The notes beneath the pieces are model-generated. The model was not told where the DNA came from, did no database searches, and saw only the letters and a program-made list of their open reading frames with translations. A program made the position numbers and the translations under genes. From positions 74,772,001 through 74,836,000 of the forward strand of contig NC_043006.1 of assembly GCF_006345805.1 (NCBI RefSeq): a stretch of DNA of 64,000 nucleotides, given 5' to 3'. Shown one piece after another: positions 25,673 through 38,526 of this stretch. This DNA is from Octopus sinensis. Lineage: Eukaryota. Numbering within the stretch: position 1 is the stretch's first letter; every line of letters starts with the position of its first letter.

Positions 25673-27397
25673 TAAAAGAAATTATTATTTAAAAAAATAA
25701 AATAAGTCATTATTATTATTATTATTGCTATTTTTTAGCAGGTAGTGTGGAGAGAGTAACAGTAGTAACATGAAGGATTAAATACCAGCGCTGTTTAGCT
25801 AAATATATTCTCTTTTATTTATAATGAGAATTCAAATCCTACCAAGGACTAATTTAGCTTTTTGTCCAACTGGGTTAGATAAAATAAGTGACCAGTCGAG
25901 CTTCTATCATCATTTCACTCAACACGCACTTGCCTCTAACGTGTGAAAAACAAAATAGGAATTTTGAAAGAAGTATCTATAAAACTAGTTTTTAAACATC
26001 AAATGGCTATAGGGGTCCACCAGAATGAAATATTAATCAAAAGGGCCCATAGCCCCCCCCCAAAAAAAAACAGATGAGAACCCCTGGATTTACAGTTACT
26101 GAATCTCTTGCCATGATTGCAAAAAGGGGATACTTGCATAAGCTTTGTACAGCTTGCATGCCATGAGAAATGCAAAGCCTTAAACCTAGAGTTTAAAGAA
26201 ACATCTTTCCTTCAGCTAGAATTAAAATAGCAGCAGATCAACCCATTAATATTCGGTGTTCCCACAAAACAAGACAATCATAAAACATGAAGTATTTTAA
26301 TTGTAACTTTATGAACCCAAACTGATATCTTTTATCTTCCACTTGTTTCAGTTATTAGACTGCAGCTACGCTGGGTGCACTGCCTTGAAGAATCCTAGTT
26401 GAACAAATCGACCCCAGTACCTGATTTTTTTTTAAAGCCTAGTACTCATTCTATTGGACTCTTTTGCCAAAAACGGTAAGCAATGAGGACACAAACAAAG
26501 CAATACTGGTTGTCAAGTGGTGCCGGGGAAACAAACACAAAGACACACACACATACATAAGATAGTCTTCTTTTAGTTTCTGCCTACCAAATCCATTCAC
26601 AAGGCTTTGGTTGGCCTGAAGCTTTAGTAGAAGACACTTGCCCAAGGTGACACACAGTGGGATTGAACTCAGAACCTTGTGGTTGGGAAGAAAACTTCTT
26701 ACCACACAGCCATGCCTGTCTGGTAAGAAGTTTTATAACTTTTATCGCCCTCACTTTTTATTTTTCGTGTTATCAAGTTGTAATAAACTGAGAATGGAAA
26801 TTAAACTTTATGCATTGATGGGTGAAAGTGTAAGGTAGAGTGTACAATGCAATTACTGAGAGGGTTTTACAAATGCAAAATCTTGCTTGGATAGCTCAGC
26901 AATTTGATCTTTCAAGACAACATGCCTTGCAGGATTGAAGATCAGTTCTTAGCCAAGTACCACTATGATCACATAAAAAAAAAAAAAAAAGTGACAGCAA
27001 AAATACAAGAGCTTAACAAACATGTTGAAACAATTGTCTCTCCCACTAGATATATTTTACAGCATTTACACCTCTTTATTTACGTAAGCTAATTAGCTAA
27101 TGTTTGTGACACTAAAACCACACCTCAACTTTAATTAATTTAATTTCGAATTTAGAACTAATTCAATAAACTCTAGATTATTAGGGTAGTGCCAACAGCA
27201 AGTTTATCTAAAATATTTGTATGTGCGATGCCTATTTCTCTATGTTACCAGAGGTTAGATGGGTGAGTACTCAGTTTGGGTTTATTACAGGTAGAACCTA
27301 GCTTCTCTACCATGCTAGTGTACATATGCATAGCATACACATATACACACAGACACGTGTGTGCATGTATGTATGTGTATATATATATATATATATA

Positions 27398-27731
27398 CTC
27401 TTTACTCTTTTAATTGTTTCAGTCATTTGACTGTGGCCATGCTGGAGCACCGTCTTTAGTTGAGCAAATCGACCCCAGGACTTACTTTCTAAGCCTAGTA
27501 CTTATTCTATCGGCCTCTTTTGCTGAACCACTAAGTTACGGGGACAAACACAGACACACATGTATATATACGACAGGCTTCTTTCAGTTTCCATCTATCA
27601 AATCCACTCACAAGGCTTTGGTCAGCCCGAGGCTATAGTAGAAGACACTTGCCCAAGGTGCCACACAGTGGGACTGAACCTAGAACCATGTGGTTGGTAA
27701 GCAAGCTACTTACCACACAGCCACTCCTGCG

Positions 27732-27734
<3 letters not shown>
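27398..27734 (-). mobile_element. SINE family B
   Basis: Same family with an internal deletion. Confidence 0.85.
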
Positions 27735-27773
<39 letters not shown>

Positions 27774-29449
27774 CATACAAACACAATTTTAAAAAGATCA
27801 AATGTGTGCCGAACACTATCCTACTATCTCGCCTTCTATCCTCTTTTATTCTGGTATACCATCTCGTTTACATACAACATGTATGACTGGAGTGGACAAG
27901 GACATGCAACAAACATCATCTTGTGTTGTTTACAATAATACTGAGGAAGTGTGTGTCTATCATATAAAGCTTAAAAATACTAATTATGTTTTCTGTGTAC
28001 CTTACAACAAAGTATGTGTGCATGTATAGACACACATACATCTATATAATGAATTACTTTGCATCACACAAGGAAATGAAAAGGTGCACAGATAATTTTA
28101 GTGAAAGCAAACATACAATAAGTGCGAGCAATATGTTTCTTAGAAGTAAGAAAGAAACAGAAGTTTTTAAAAAATCAATTAAAATGGAAATAAAATTCAA
28201 AGGAACATGAATGATATAAGAGAAAGCCAAAAGGAATATCAGGTTTTTACGTTCAAACAAAGCAGCATTCTGCTTTTGGCCTAAGGAAGCTGACTCGTTG
28301 ACATCATGCCATCAGTGAGAAATTAGACATACATCATGAGGAAATTAACGAACGACTTTTCAAATGCTCTGAGGTCCAATGGCCTTCATCAGTAATGACG
28401 AGTCGTGGGAAGAAGCTGGTGTGAAGATGAGATGGCAAAAACAAATAGAAGTGTTTCAATAAAAGGAAAATGGTGAAATGATGAAAAAACGATGATGAGC
28501 TGAGGATGTATTCTTGAGCTTGGTTGTTGTTATTATAGCGACTCTGAGTTGGGCTTTGGTGGCACGCCTCAGTAAATGAGGTGGACATTTATGGAGAAGT
28601 AAATACTTGTGTCTTGAAATGAAGAGATGGATATGACAACATGAAATGAAAAAAAGAAGAAAAAAAAAAAAGAAAGCACAGACACGCACAAAAGAAAAAT
28701 AACAACAATGACATGATTTGTCTAAATGGTTTCTCCAGGTTTCTATACTTTTAAATACTGTTTTTAACAATTAAACTATTTTAATGTCTATTGATAACAT
28801 TTAAAATGAAAAGCATAACTAGAATCCAAGAAGAGACAAATCTGAAAAGATCCTACCTGAGCAAAGTTCCTTTGAGGTTTTAAACTTACCTACCAACCAA
28901 CCAACCAACCAACCACGAAATACCTCTAAATCACTAAGTAGTATGTAGAAATCAACTAGAGCCTCTACATAGTCTCTTTACACTTGCTAGATATAGTAGC
29001 CAAATCTTTCTCTTACTAAAATTACATACACAACATCCATCTTAAAGACAGAAGGACACATCAGATAAGGTAGTTCTAGGCATGCAAAAAATGGTCATGG
29101 CTGCATGGTTTTGATCATAGGCCTGACTTGAGACTAAGTAACCAATAATTTGTAGTACAAGTAACCCATATGTAATCTATATACCCATTCCTTATTTTGG
29201 CACTAGGCCAGCAATTTTGAGGGGTGGGGAAGTAGACTACATCGACCCCTGCACATAACTGGTATTTATTTATCAACCCCAAAAGGATGCAAAATAAAGT
29301 CAACCATGGTAGCATCTGAACTGAGAACAGAAGGACAGCTGAAATGTTACTAAGCATTTTGCCTGGTATGCTAATGGCTCTGCCAGATTGCCGCCTTTAC
29401 GAACACTATGTATTAACACCTCAAGCAATTTAACTGTATAATTTGAAAT

Positions 29450-29901
29450 TGAAATCGAAATTAAATTCGATGACTGGCATCTGTGTTAGTGGAGCACCAT
29501 TGAATGTGATCGTTGCCAGGGCAGCTAACTGGCTTCTGTGCCAGTGGCACGTAAGAAGCATCATTCGAATGTGATCGTTACCAGTATCACCTTACTGGCA
29601 CTTGTGCTGGTGGCACGTGAAAAAAAACATTCGAGCGAGGTCATTGCCAGTGCCACTGGCCTGGCTCCTGTGTAGGTGGCACATAAAAAACACCATTTGA
29701 GCCTGACTGGCCCTCATGCCGGTGGCATGTAAAAGCACCCACTACATTCTCGGAGTGGTTGGCATTGGGAAGGGCATCAAGGTGTAGAAACTCTGCCAGA
29801 TCAGATTGGAGCTTGGTGCAGCCATCTGGTTCGCCAGTCCTCAGTCAAATTGTCCAACCCATGCTAGCATGGAAAGCGGCTGTTAAACGATGATGATGAT
29901 G
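29450..29901 (+). mobile_element. SINE-like family A copy
   Basis: About four internal repeat units, then the family A tail. Confidence 0.85.
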
Positions 29902-30524
29902 AATTCTAGTAAACTATTTGACCACATACACAGAGAAAATTATTTCCACAAGAAAAAAAAAAATTTAAATGACTTAAAATGAAGTGTCATGTGATGTCTT
30001 GTAATTCACATTACAATCAACTTCAACATCATTCTTTTAACATATATCATGTCATGCTTGTGCCGGTCAAACAAAATTCATTGAGGCAGATTGGACACCC
30101 TTCCCATTGCCAGCCGATGCCTGTTTCTATGCAAAGAAACAGGCATCGGTTGGCAATGGGAAGGGTGTCCAGCTGTAGAAAATCTGCCTCAATGAATTTT
30201 GTCTGACCTGCACAAGCATGACATGATATATATGTTAAAAGTGCTTCAAACATGAACAGCACAAAGGTCAGACATGTTTTCACAGAAGACTGCAAATGAA
30301 TGACACCATTAGTATAAGAGTAATGTTTGTTGACAACTATTGTACAATGTCAAGACAGAGACACATTACATATGCACACACGTAACAGGCTACTTTCAGT
30401 TTCTGCTTACAAAATCCACTCTTAAGGCTTTGGTTGGTTCTTAGCAATAGTAGAACAAACTTCCATGCAGTGGAACTGAACCTGAAACCAAATGGCAATT
30501 TTCTCAAACATTCAGCCATACTCC

Positions 30525-30908
30525 TTTTCTCTTTTACTTGTTTCAGTCATATGACTGTGGCCATGCTGGAGCACCGCCTTTAGTAGAAAAATCAACCCCA
30601 GGACTTATTCTTTGTAAGCCCAGTACTTATTCTATCGGTCTCTTTTGCTGAACCGCTAAGTTACGGGGGGCATAAATGCACCAGCATTGGTTGTCAAGCG
30701 ATACTGTGGGGACAAACACAGACACACATATATATATACATATATACGACAGGCTTCTTTCAGTTTCCGTCTACCAAATCCACTCACAAGGCTTTGGGTC
30801 GACCCGAGGCTATAGTAGAAGACACTTGCCCAAGGTGCCATGCAGTGGGATTGAAACAGGAACCATGTGGTTTGTTAAGCAAGCTACTTACCACACAGCC
30901 ACTCCTAC
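30525..30908 (-). mobile_element. SINE family B, full length
   Basis: Same family; a further partial head at 30370-30520. Confidence 0.85.
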
Positions 30909-31252
30909 ACCTACAAACAATATTAAATCAGAGAACCTGTAAATCTTACGTAGCAGGTTTTAATAAGTTAAACAACCTTATCACTTCATTAATCAATAAC
31001 CACATATTAATAATTACATGAAGATGGCATTCTTCATTTGTTTACTTTCACTTTCCATGTTAGTGGGGTTGGATGGGGGCATATCTGAGGGTGCATTTTT
31101 ATGGGTAAATGCTCTTCCAATCACCAATCATAATGTGAACAGGCAATGCAAACATCACGTCACTGTTTTGTTCAGGCAGTGACTAGTAAAGCTGCAGCCA
31201 TGAAATGTGAACACACACACAAATCTCACTTTCTCTCTACACACACATTATA

Positions 31253-31652
31253 TCTTTATATATAAAAGTGAAGTTGTGTGTCTGTCTCCTACGATTTAGA
31301 TTCCTAACTACTCCCACATTTTGCAGTGCAGTTTAACCAAAACCGGGTATCTTATAGTCGTGATTCATATCGAGCCCTTCTGGGTATTAGCGCGCGTCTA
31401 CAATGAGTCTACAATTTAAAAAAAAAATTTACCATCGGTTTTTTCCATTTTAATGCATTTTTTCACTATTATATAAGGGAAGTAACTCTCTAAAAATGTC
31501 TATGATGAGTCAACGATTTAAAAAAAAAATTTACCATTATTTTTTTCCCATTTTTAATGCATTTTTTTGCTATTTTTTGGCTATAACTCTCTAAAAATGC
31601 TTATATAGTTATTTCCCTTACAAACCCAAGCAACGCCGGGCGATACTGCTAG
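31253..31652 (+). mobile_element. Complete non-autonomous Helitron (400 bp)
   Basis: A|TCTTTATATATAAAAG 5' end, subterminal CCCAAGCAACGCCGGG hairpin, CTAG|T 3' end; inserted in AT with no TSD. Confidence 0.88.
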
Positions 31653-34221
31653 TATATATATATTAGTGTACTGTTCTGTGATAGTAGGATCAACAACATT
31701 TTTAGTTCATTATGCCATGAGGGTAGTGCCTAATAATCTTAGGAAAAAATTAATAAATAAAACTGTCAGAATCACAAGAGCGCTGGACAAAATGCTTTGC
31801 AATATTTCTTCTGGTACCTTATATTCCAAGTTCAAATCCGGCCACGGTCAACTCCAACTTTTTTCATTCTGGGGGTCTATAAAATAAAGTATCGGTCTAA
31901 TATTGAGATCAGTGTAGTTGATAAAGCCCCTTGCCTCAAAATAGCCATCTTTGAGCCTAAATTATAAACAATTATAAAAGAATGTAATCTGTAGCTTTCT
32001 ATTTGATAATTTTGTCCAAAGTTATATAAAATCTTCTCTGTTTTCATCTCCTGTCTCTCTCTCCTTCCTGCTATCTAACAAGCGAACAGACTACATGTAA
32101 TAAAGCAAAACTGTTCTTCTACAAGTAAAAGCATTTGAAAAGAAGAGAAATACATTCTAGCATGGCTGTTTGGTGGAGAACTTCACTTCCCAAACTCATA
32201 GTTTCAGGCAAGCGTCATCTACTATAACCCCAGGCTGGCCAAAGCCTTGTGAGTGGATTTAGTAGATGGAAACTAAAAGAAGCTTGTCAAAAGTGAGTGT
32301 CTGTGTGTGTTGGCTACATCTACACTTGCTTGTGCAAAAGTGCAGTATGTGGTGTTCTTAGTTATCCAGAAAATTTTTTCTTGAGGTCTTGAAAAACAGT
32401 TAAGAGTTAGCAACAGGAAAGGCATCCAACTGTGTAATAAAATGCCTCAAATAACATATTCATCTAACCCTGGCAAGCATGGAAAAATGGACATAAAACA
32501 AATGAATGAAGAAAATTTCAACCAAAATTTTGCTTTAGGATCTATAGCAGGTATTAGTTAAATAACCTGACATCATTATTAACGAATTAACATATATTAA
32601 TTAAGAAAACTAATTACATTAAACCTGCTATATTACATTCATTCATTTTTCTATGCGAGCATGGGTTAGTTAAGGGCTTACCTGAAGCAGCATTTTACAG
32701 TCAATTAGTAAGTAAAATGTTGTCTCAGGAGTTAGTTGAGCTATAAAGGCCCCTTCAGTCATGAATGACCATGAGATTGCACCTAGCAAGTTCCCCTCCG
32801 AAGCACAGGCAAGGTTGCTTATGGAAGACCAGCAATCAACCCTGAATATCAATCCCCACCAATGTTATCCAAGGGAAAGGCAAAGGCCAATACAGTTTGG
32901 CACCAGTGACATTGCAACTGATTTCCACGGTTGAGTGAACTGTAGCAGTGTGAAATAAAGTGTCTTGCTCAAGAACACAACACACAGCCCAGTCTGGGAA
33001 TTGAACTCACTACCTCATGATTGTGAGCCTGACACTCTAACCACTGAGCTATGTGCCTTCACACAGAACTTTTTCAACAGTAAATAGTCCGTTGCCCAAC
33101 AAACTGAATAATCTATTTGTTGAATTAGCATGTAAGCGGTTGAGTATTCCACACACATGTATTCTTCATGTAATTCTCAAACAGCATATCACAGTGTATG
33201 ACAAAGGTGTACTCTTGAATTACAGGTACAGACAATCTGACAAGTTTCTGCGCGGTTAACATTGATTCAATTTCTCTCACAAGGCATGGATTGATGCAAG
33301 GCTATAGTAAAAGACACTTGCTCAAGAGGCCATGGACTGGGATCAAACCTAGAACCGCATGCTCTTGAAACAAATTTCTTAACCATTTCATCATGTTGCA
33401 AATTCAAAGTTGTAGGGAGCCTCTACATGGGGACTCAACTTGCTAGAAATAATAGCCAAATCACTCCCAAAGGATACTATAAGAGCCTTTAATAAAATAA
33501 AGAAATACAAGATAATGTAGTCTAAGATATACTATGCCTTCACTACATTCACCTCTACCCTCATCTCAAACCATCTGTTACTCTCCCCTTCACTCTCTTA
33601 TGAAACTACCTACCATCTCTTTCCACCACCCGACCTCACCCCAATCCAGTGTCCAGATCCTCTCTTATGCTTACCTTCTGGTACCTTGACAGCTGGCTCC
33701 AGCACTCCAATCTTTATCTTCTACCCAAAGCAGGGTGGCTATTTATCTCTTTTATAAGAAGACACCTTTGCTTCTCCCTCTATCATACTTCAGCCTCTCA
33801 ACACCTGGCATAAAGCCAACCCCTGCCTCACACATACTGTCCTCCACTTAGTTGAGGGAGCTTTTCCTGTTCTTTCCTTGTCTTGCATGTCACTCGGCGA
33901 CATCACTAGTACTGGTAGTGCAAAAACAGTAAAAAAACAACAACAACAACAAAAAGAAACACACTAAATACACTCTGTAAAGTGGTTGGCATTATGAAGG
34001 GTGTCCAGTCATTGAAACCATGCCAAAAGCTGACTTTGGAGCTTGACACAGCCCTACAGCTTGCCAAATCCTGTCAAACCTGTGGTTCCCAACTTAAGTC
34101 CATATAAGATTTTGTTGCAATAAATTGCTTACACTTCTACAGCACACAAAATATTTTAGTCTTTTTTATACAATTCCTAATAATATTAATCATAAAAATA
34201 CAACAGGATTTTTTTGTATAC

Positions 34222-34745
34222 ATAGGCGCAGGAGTGGCTGTGTGGTAAGCGGTTTGCTTACCAACGACATGGTTCCAAGTTCGGTCCCACTGTGTGGCAC
34301 CTTTGCCAAGTGTCTTCTGCTATAGCTTTGGGCCAACCAAAGCCTTGTGAGTGGATTTGGTAGACGGAAACTGAGAGAAGCATGGTTGAGTGGTAAGTAG
34401 CTTGCTTACCAACCACATAGTTCCGAGTTCAATCTCACTGCATGGCACCTTGGATAAGTGTCTTGGGCTGATCAAAGCCTTGTGAATGGATTAGGTAGAT
34501 GGAAACTGAAAGAAGCCTAATGTGTATGTGTGTGTGTACCTGTGTTTGTCCTCCCACCATTGCTTGACAACCGATGCTGATGTGTTTACGTCCCCGTAAC
34601 TTAGCGGCTTGACAAAAGAGAACCAATAGGATAAGTACTAGGCTTACAAAGAATAAGTCCTGGGGTCGATTTGTTTGACTAAAGGCAGTGCTCCAGCATG
34701 GCCACAGTCAAGATGACTGAAACAAATAAAAGGATAAAAGAATAG
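34222..34745 (+). mobile_element. Two tandem family B SINEs
   Basis: Head-only copy 34222-34375 followed by a full copy 34380-34745. Confidence 0.8.
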
Positions 34746-35709
34746 AAATGGCTATGGAGGTCTATCAGAGCACAACAGAAAACGAAGGGTTCCACAGGTA
34801 AAAAATGGTTGAGGACCACTGCATTAAACCATCCAACACATGCCAGCAGGGAAAACAGATGTTGAATGATGATGATGATGATGATGATGAAAATGGTGCT
34901 TATGATGAGAGTTGGAATGCTTTCAGTCATAGGTCAACTCAATTAGGGCACACCTGGATCATAAATACAATAACAACAACCAAGTAATGGAGTAAGTAAG
35001 AAAAGGATGGAAACATGTCTGATTGAGGGTCACCTACCAGACTAGAAATTATATGTAGTGAGAAGAGCCAGAGATCAGAGATCAAATCTGCTACAAGGTA
35101 CTAAAGACCACACTGGCAATTTCATAATTGATCATTATAATTCATTGTGGATTATCATTAGCATTAAAATTCATGATAAAAAGACAGTGGATTGGCAGAA
35201 ACGTTAGAGCATCAGAAAATCTTGTTCTGGCTCTCTATGTTCTGAGTTCGAACCCCACTAAGGTCACTTTGTGCCTTTTAGGATCAATGAATAAAGTACG
35301 GTCAAGTACTGGATATGATTCTATCAACACATCCCTTCCCTCAAAAATTGCTGACCTTGTGCTTAAAATAATTCATAGCAGATATATTTTAGAGACAAAA
35401 AGACACTTTGAAATTTGTAAACATAGCCGTAATATAATAAAATTGTTTTATAACTATGAATCATAAAGACACTACCTATTCAACAACCCAGCCCCCCATA
35501 CAAACAATTAGATATATATTCATGTAAAAGAAAAATTGAACAGAAAGAAGAAAGGGCAACAAAACAGGCAGTTACCACAACCTATCATGCTGCACAGTTA
35601 TATATATAACATAGATGTGTAAATTAACTGCAGGTTTAATTAGCAGCAAAATGGATTTTGAAACATCAAGAAAAAAAAAATAAACAAAAAAAATAATTCA
35701 TGCAGTTAC

Positions 35710-35854
35710 CTTTCTCGTCTAGATTCCTCTCGTTTGCGTGCTTCTCGTACCTCGTCTTTCAGACGTCGTTCACGTTCTTTCTCCTTGTCCTGTTGACGCT
35801 GCAGTTCATGAGCATGCCGATCTTTACCTGCAGACCGCATGTGTAGCCTGTCTC
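35710..35854 (-). CDS. CDK11: CDK11 coding exon 3, DRLHMRS...REESRRE
   Basis: Acceptor gcttacag|, donor AG|gtaact; 2+141+2 nt. R/E-rich; ESRRER corresponds to human HSRRER. Confidence 0.92.
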
Positions 35855-35984
35855 CTGTAAGCACAGAACCAATAAGGACAATTACACAATAAATAGACAA
35901 TGACACACACAACGTCAACACATACAATACAGCACATAATATATATATATATAGTTAATCCAAACAAGAAAACACAAAAAAACA

Positions 35985-36150
35985 CAACAACGTGAGGACG
36001 TGGAACAAATATAGTATTATGGGACGCTCAGGAAAGAAGGAGGGTTTAACGTTTCGAGCGGAGCTCTTCGTCGGAAACATAGGAGAAGGAAAGATCCAGA
36101 GAAGGGAAGACAGAGGAAAAAAATTGCCAACGGTACACACGAGGTCTACA
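35985..36150 (-). mobile_element. Penelope-like element pseudo-LTR fragment
   Basis: Contains ACGTTTCG...CTCTTCGTCGG, the characteristic PLE terminal/hammerhead signature; CpG-retaining and unlike the local SINEs. Confidence 0.55.
36044..36078 (-). ncRNA. Minimal type I hammerhead-ribozyme-like motif (Penelope type)
   Basis: Minus strand reads GTTT CCGACGA A GAGC tcc GCTC GAAAC GTT AAAC: stem I GTTT/AAAC, stem II GAGC/GCTC, loop-less stem III. The core has U4->C. Confidence 0.6.
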
Positions 36151-36864
36151 TTTTATATATATATATATATGAGGGAATATTAATCCTAACTTACAGGGAA
36201 AAAATTCAATTTAGAAATACTAAATCAAATTTCACACAATATAATATATATATATATAAAAAATTAGAAAAAAAAACATCTTTTATCAATTCAAAATGAA
36301 CAATAAAATTACACCATATAGAAAATTACATATAATAGAAATATTAAAATTAAAATAACAATAAAATACCAATGATTAAGTAAATTGCAAAAAAATAATA
36401 AAAATGTATATAACTGGTAGAATAACGACACGTGTTTCGTGACTATATTTAAGAAATGATTATAGTAAAAAAAATTTATAGTAGTAGTAAAATCACTTCG
36501 ATATATCTATCTAATATATATATATTAGATAGATAGATAGATAGATACATACGTACTTACAAATACACACACACATGCACATATAAATAAAAAACATCAT
36601 TGTCATTTTTTTATCAATCTGTTTTCCTCCCATGCTAACAGAGGCTGGAAGGATCACTCAAAGTACATTTGAACATTTCTCTTGCATACCCACACTGAGA
36701 TATTCCTGAAGTGAAACTTAAACAACTGCCATTCCTTAGCCTTTCAGCTCAAGTGACCATCACTACTTTTCCCCTTAGTAAATGTTCCCTCAGAAGAAAA
36801 TACACAATATAAGAAATTTCAGTAATACCTCAAATCTATGAAAAAGAAACATAAAAGACACTGG

Positions 36865-37172
36865 GCCTCCATGCCGGTGGCACGTAAAAAGCACCATCCG
36901 ATTGTGGCCGTTGCCAGCCTTGCCTGGCCCCATGCCGGTAGCACATAAAAAGCACCATCTGATCGTAGCCGTTTGCCAGCCTCGTCTGGCACGTAAAAAG
37001 CACCCACTACACTCACGGAGTGGTTGGTGTTAGGAAGGGCATCCAGCTGTAGAAACTCTGCCAAATCAGACTGGGCCTGGTGCAGCCTTCTGGCTTCCCA
37101 GACCCCAGTTGAACCGTCCAACCCATGCTAGTATGGAAAGTGGACACTAAATGATGATGATGATGTTGATGA
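36865..37172 (+). mobile_element. SINE-like family A copy
   Basis: Similar to 590-940. Confidence 0.85.
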
Positions 37173-37277
37173 TGTAGACAGTAATCTGTAGCTTTCCATT
37201 TCATACTTTTACCCTAAAGTTATAAAACACTTCTCTCTTTCTTTCTTTCTTTCCAATAATCCAACAGAAAGGCCACA

Positions 37278-37500
37278 TGTCATCATCATCATCATTTATC
37301 GTCCATTTTCCATGTTGGCATGGGTCAGACAGTTTGACAGGAGCTGGCAAACTTGAGGTCTGCACCAGGCTCCAATTGTCTGATTCAGCACAGTTTCTAT
37401 AGCCTGATGCCCTTCCTAACATCAACCACTTTACAGAATGTACAGAGTGCTTTTCATGTGGTCCCATCATGGGTACTTTTTACGTGGCTCCAGCACGTAG
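37278..37500 (-). mobile_element. SINE-like family A copy (inverted, diverged)
   Basis: (CAT)n then CGTCCATTTTCCATG... Confidence 0.75.
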
Positions 37501-38086
37501 TAAAACAAAATTGTCCCTCTACTTCCAAACAAACACCAAGACCTGAAGCATTAAACTACTCTCCCCTAATGGTAAATCAACTTCACTCCAAGTGAACATC
37601 CCTACAGATTGATTCCTACAGGCAGAGATCATCTCCAGTCACTCCCACCAGTGATTCCAAATTTGAAACCCACTACTTTCTAATTTGTTGAGGCACATGG
37701 CCTAGTGGTTAGAGCAGCGGACTCCCTTGAAAACACGGCCATAGTTTTCACGTAACCTATGGTGGCGTTGCTGTTTCTAAAGTTTTATTTTCGTTTCTCT
37801 ATTAGTAATTTTACTCGCGTATCTTTACTTACAAGAAACTGATGGATAAAGAGATCAAACATACGCAGCGAAACAGTTCAGATATTAAATGACACTAACA
37901 TATTCAAGGGTCGCTAAAAGCAGCAGCAGCAGCAGAGGCGGAGGCAGCGGTAGCAAAAACTGATGCTGGACCCTTGAGGGATGATTGATACTATACTGAC
38001 CACAGAGGGATGTAAAGTAGGTAGGTAGGTTTAGTTTGGTATGGTTAGGGGTCTTTTTTAAAAATCATATGGATGTGCTATTTTTT

Positions 38087-38216
38087 TTTACCCCCGCCAA
38101 GGAGGTTATGTTTTTGCCGGCATTGGTTTAGGAAATTGGGCGATTTTCAGCATATATGTATATGGGTGGAAATGAGCTGCTTGGCAGAGGTCTGTACTCT
38201 CCGAATGCTTTTCTAG
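38087..38216 (+). mobile_element. Short Helentron-like (HINE-type) element
   Basis: Subterminal inverted repeats CCCCCGCCAA / TTGGCAGAGG, 3' hairpin GTACTCTCCGAATGC, then TTTTCTAG|TT. Confidence 0.6.
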
Positions 38217-38526
38217 TTTCTATTGTAATTATCACTAATCAATAAATAGATCACATCAGTTTCTTCACTGAGCATGACTCATTCATTTGCATTGACATTT
38301 CTCCATCTTGTTCACATGTCAGAAAAATAACAGTTTGCAGTCAGTCACTCAACTAAGTTCATTTTGTGGTCAGCTCAAATCAAACAGGCCCATGCTCAAA
38401 AATATTTCAGCTGTAACTATCATGTCTGTCTTTTTAAGTATATTGTTTCTAGGGGTGTAAAACTCATGTTTAAATTAATTCTTCATACATAAGCATAATT
38501 AGCTAATTGTGATGGTACTACTACTA

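Noticed and set aside
34222-34300. tRNA-like A/B boxes (and other SINE heads)
   Set aside because: No complete cloverleaf; they continue into SINE bodies.
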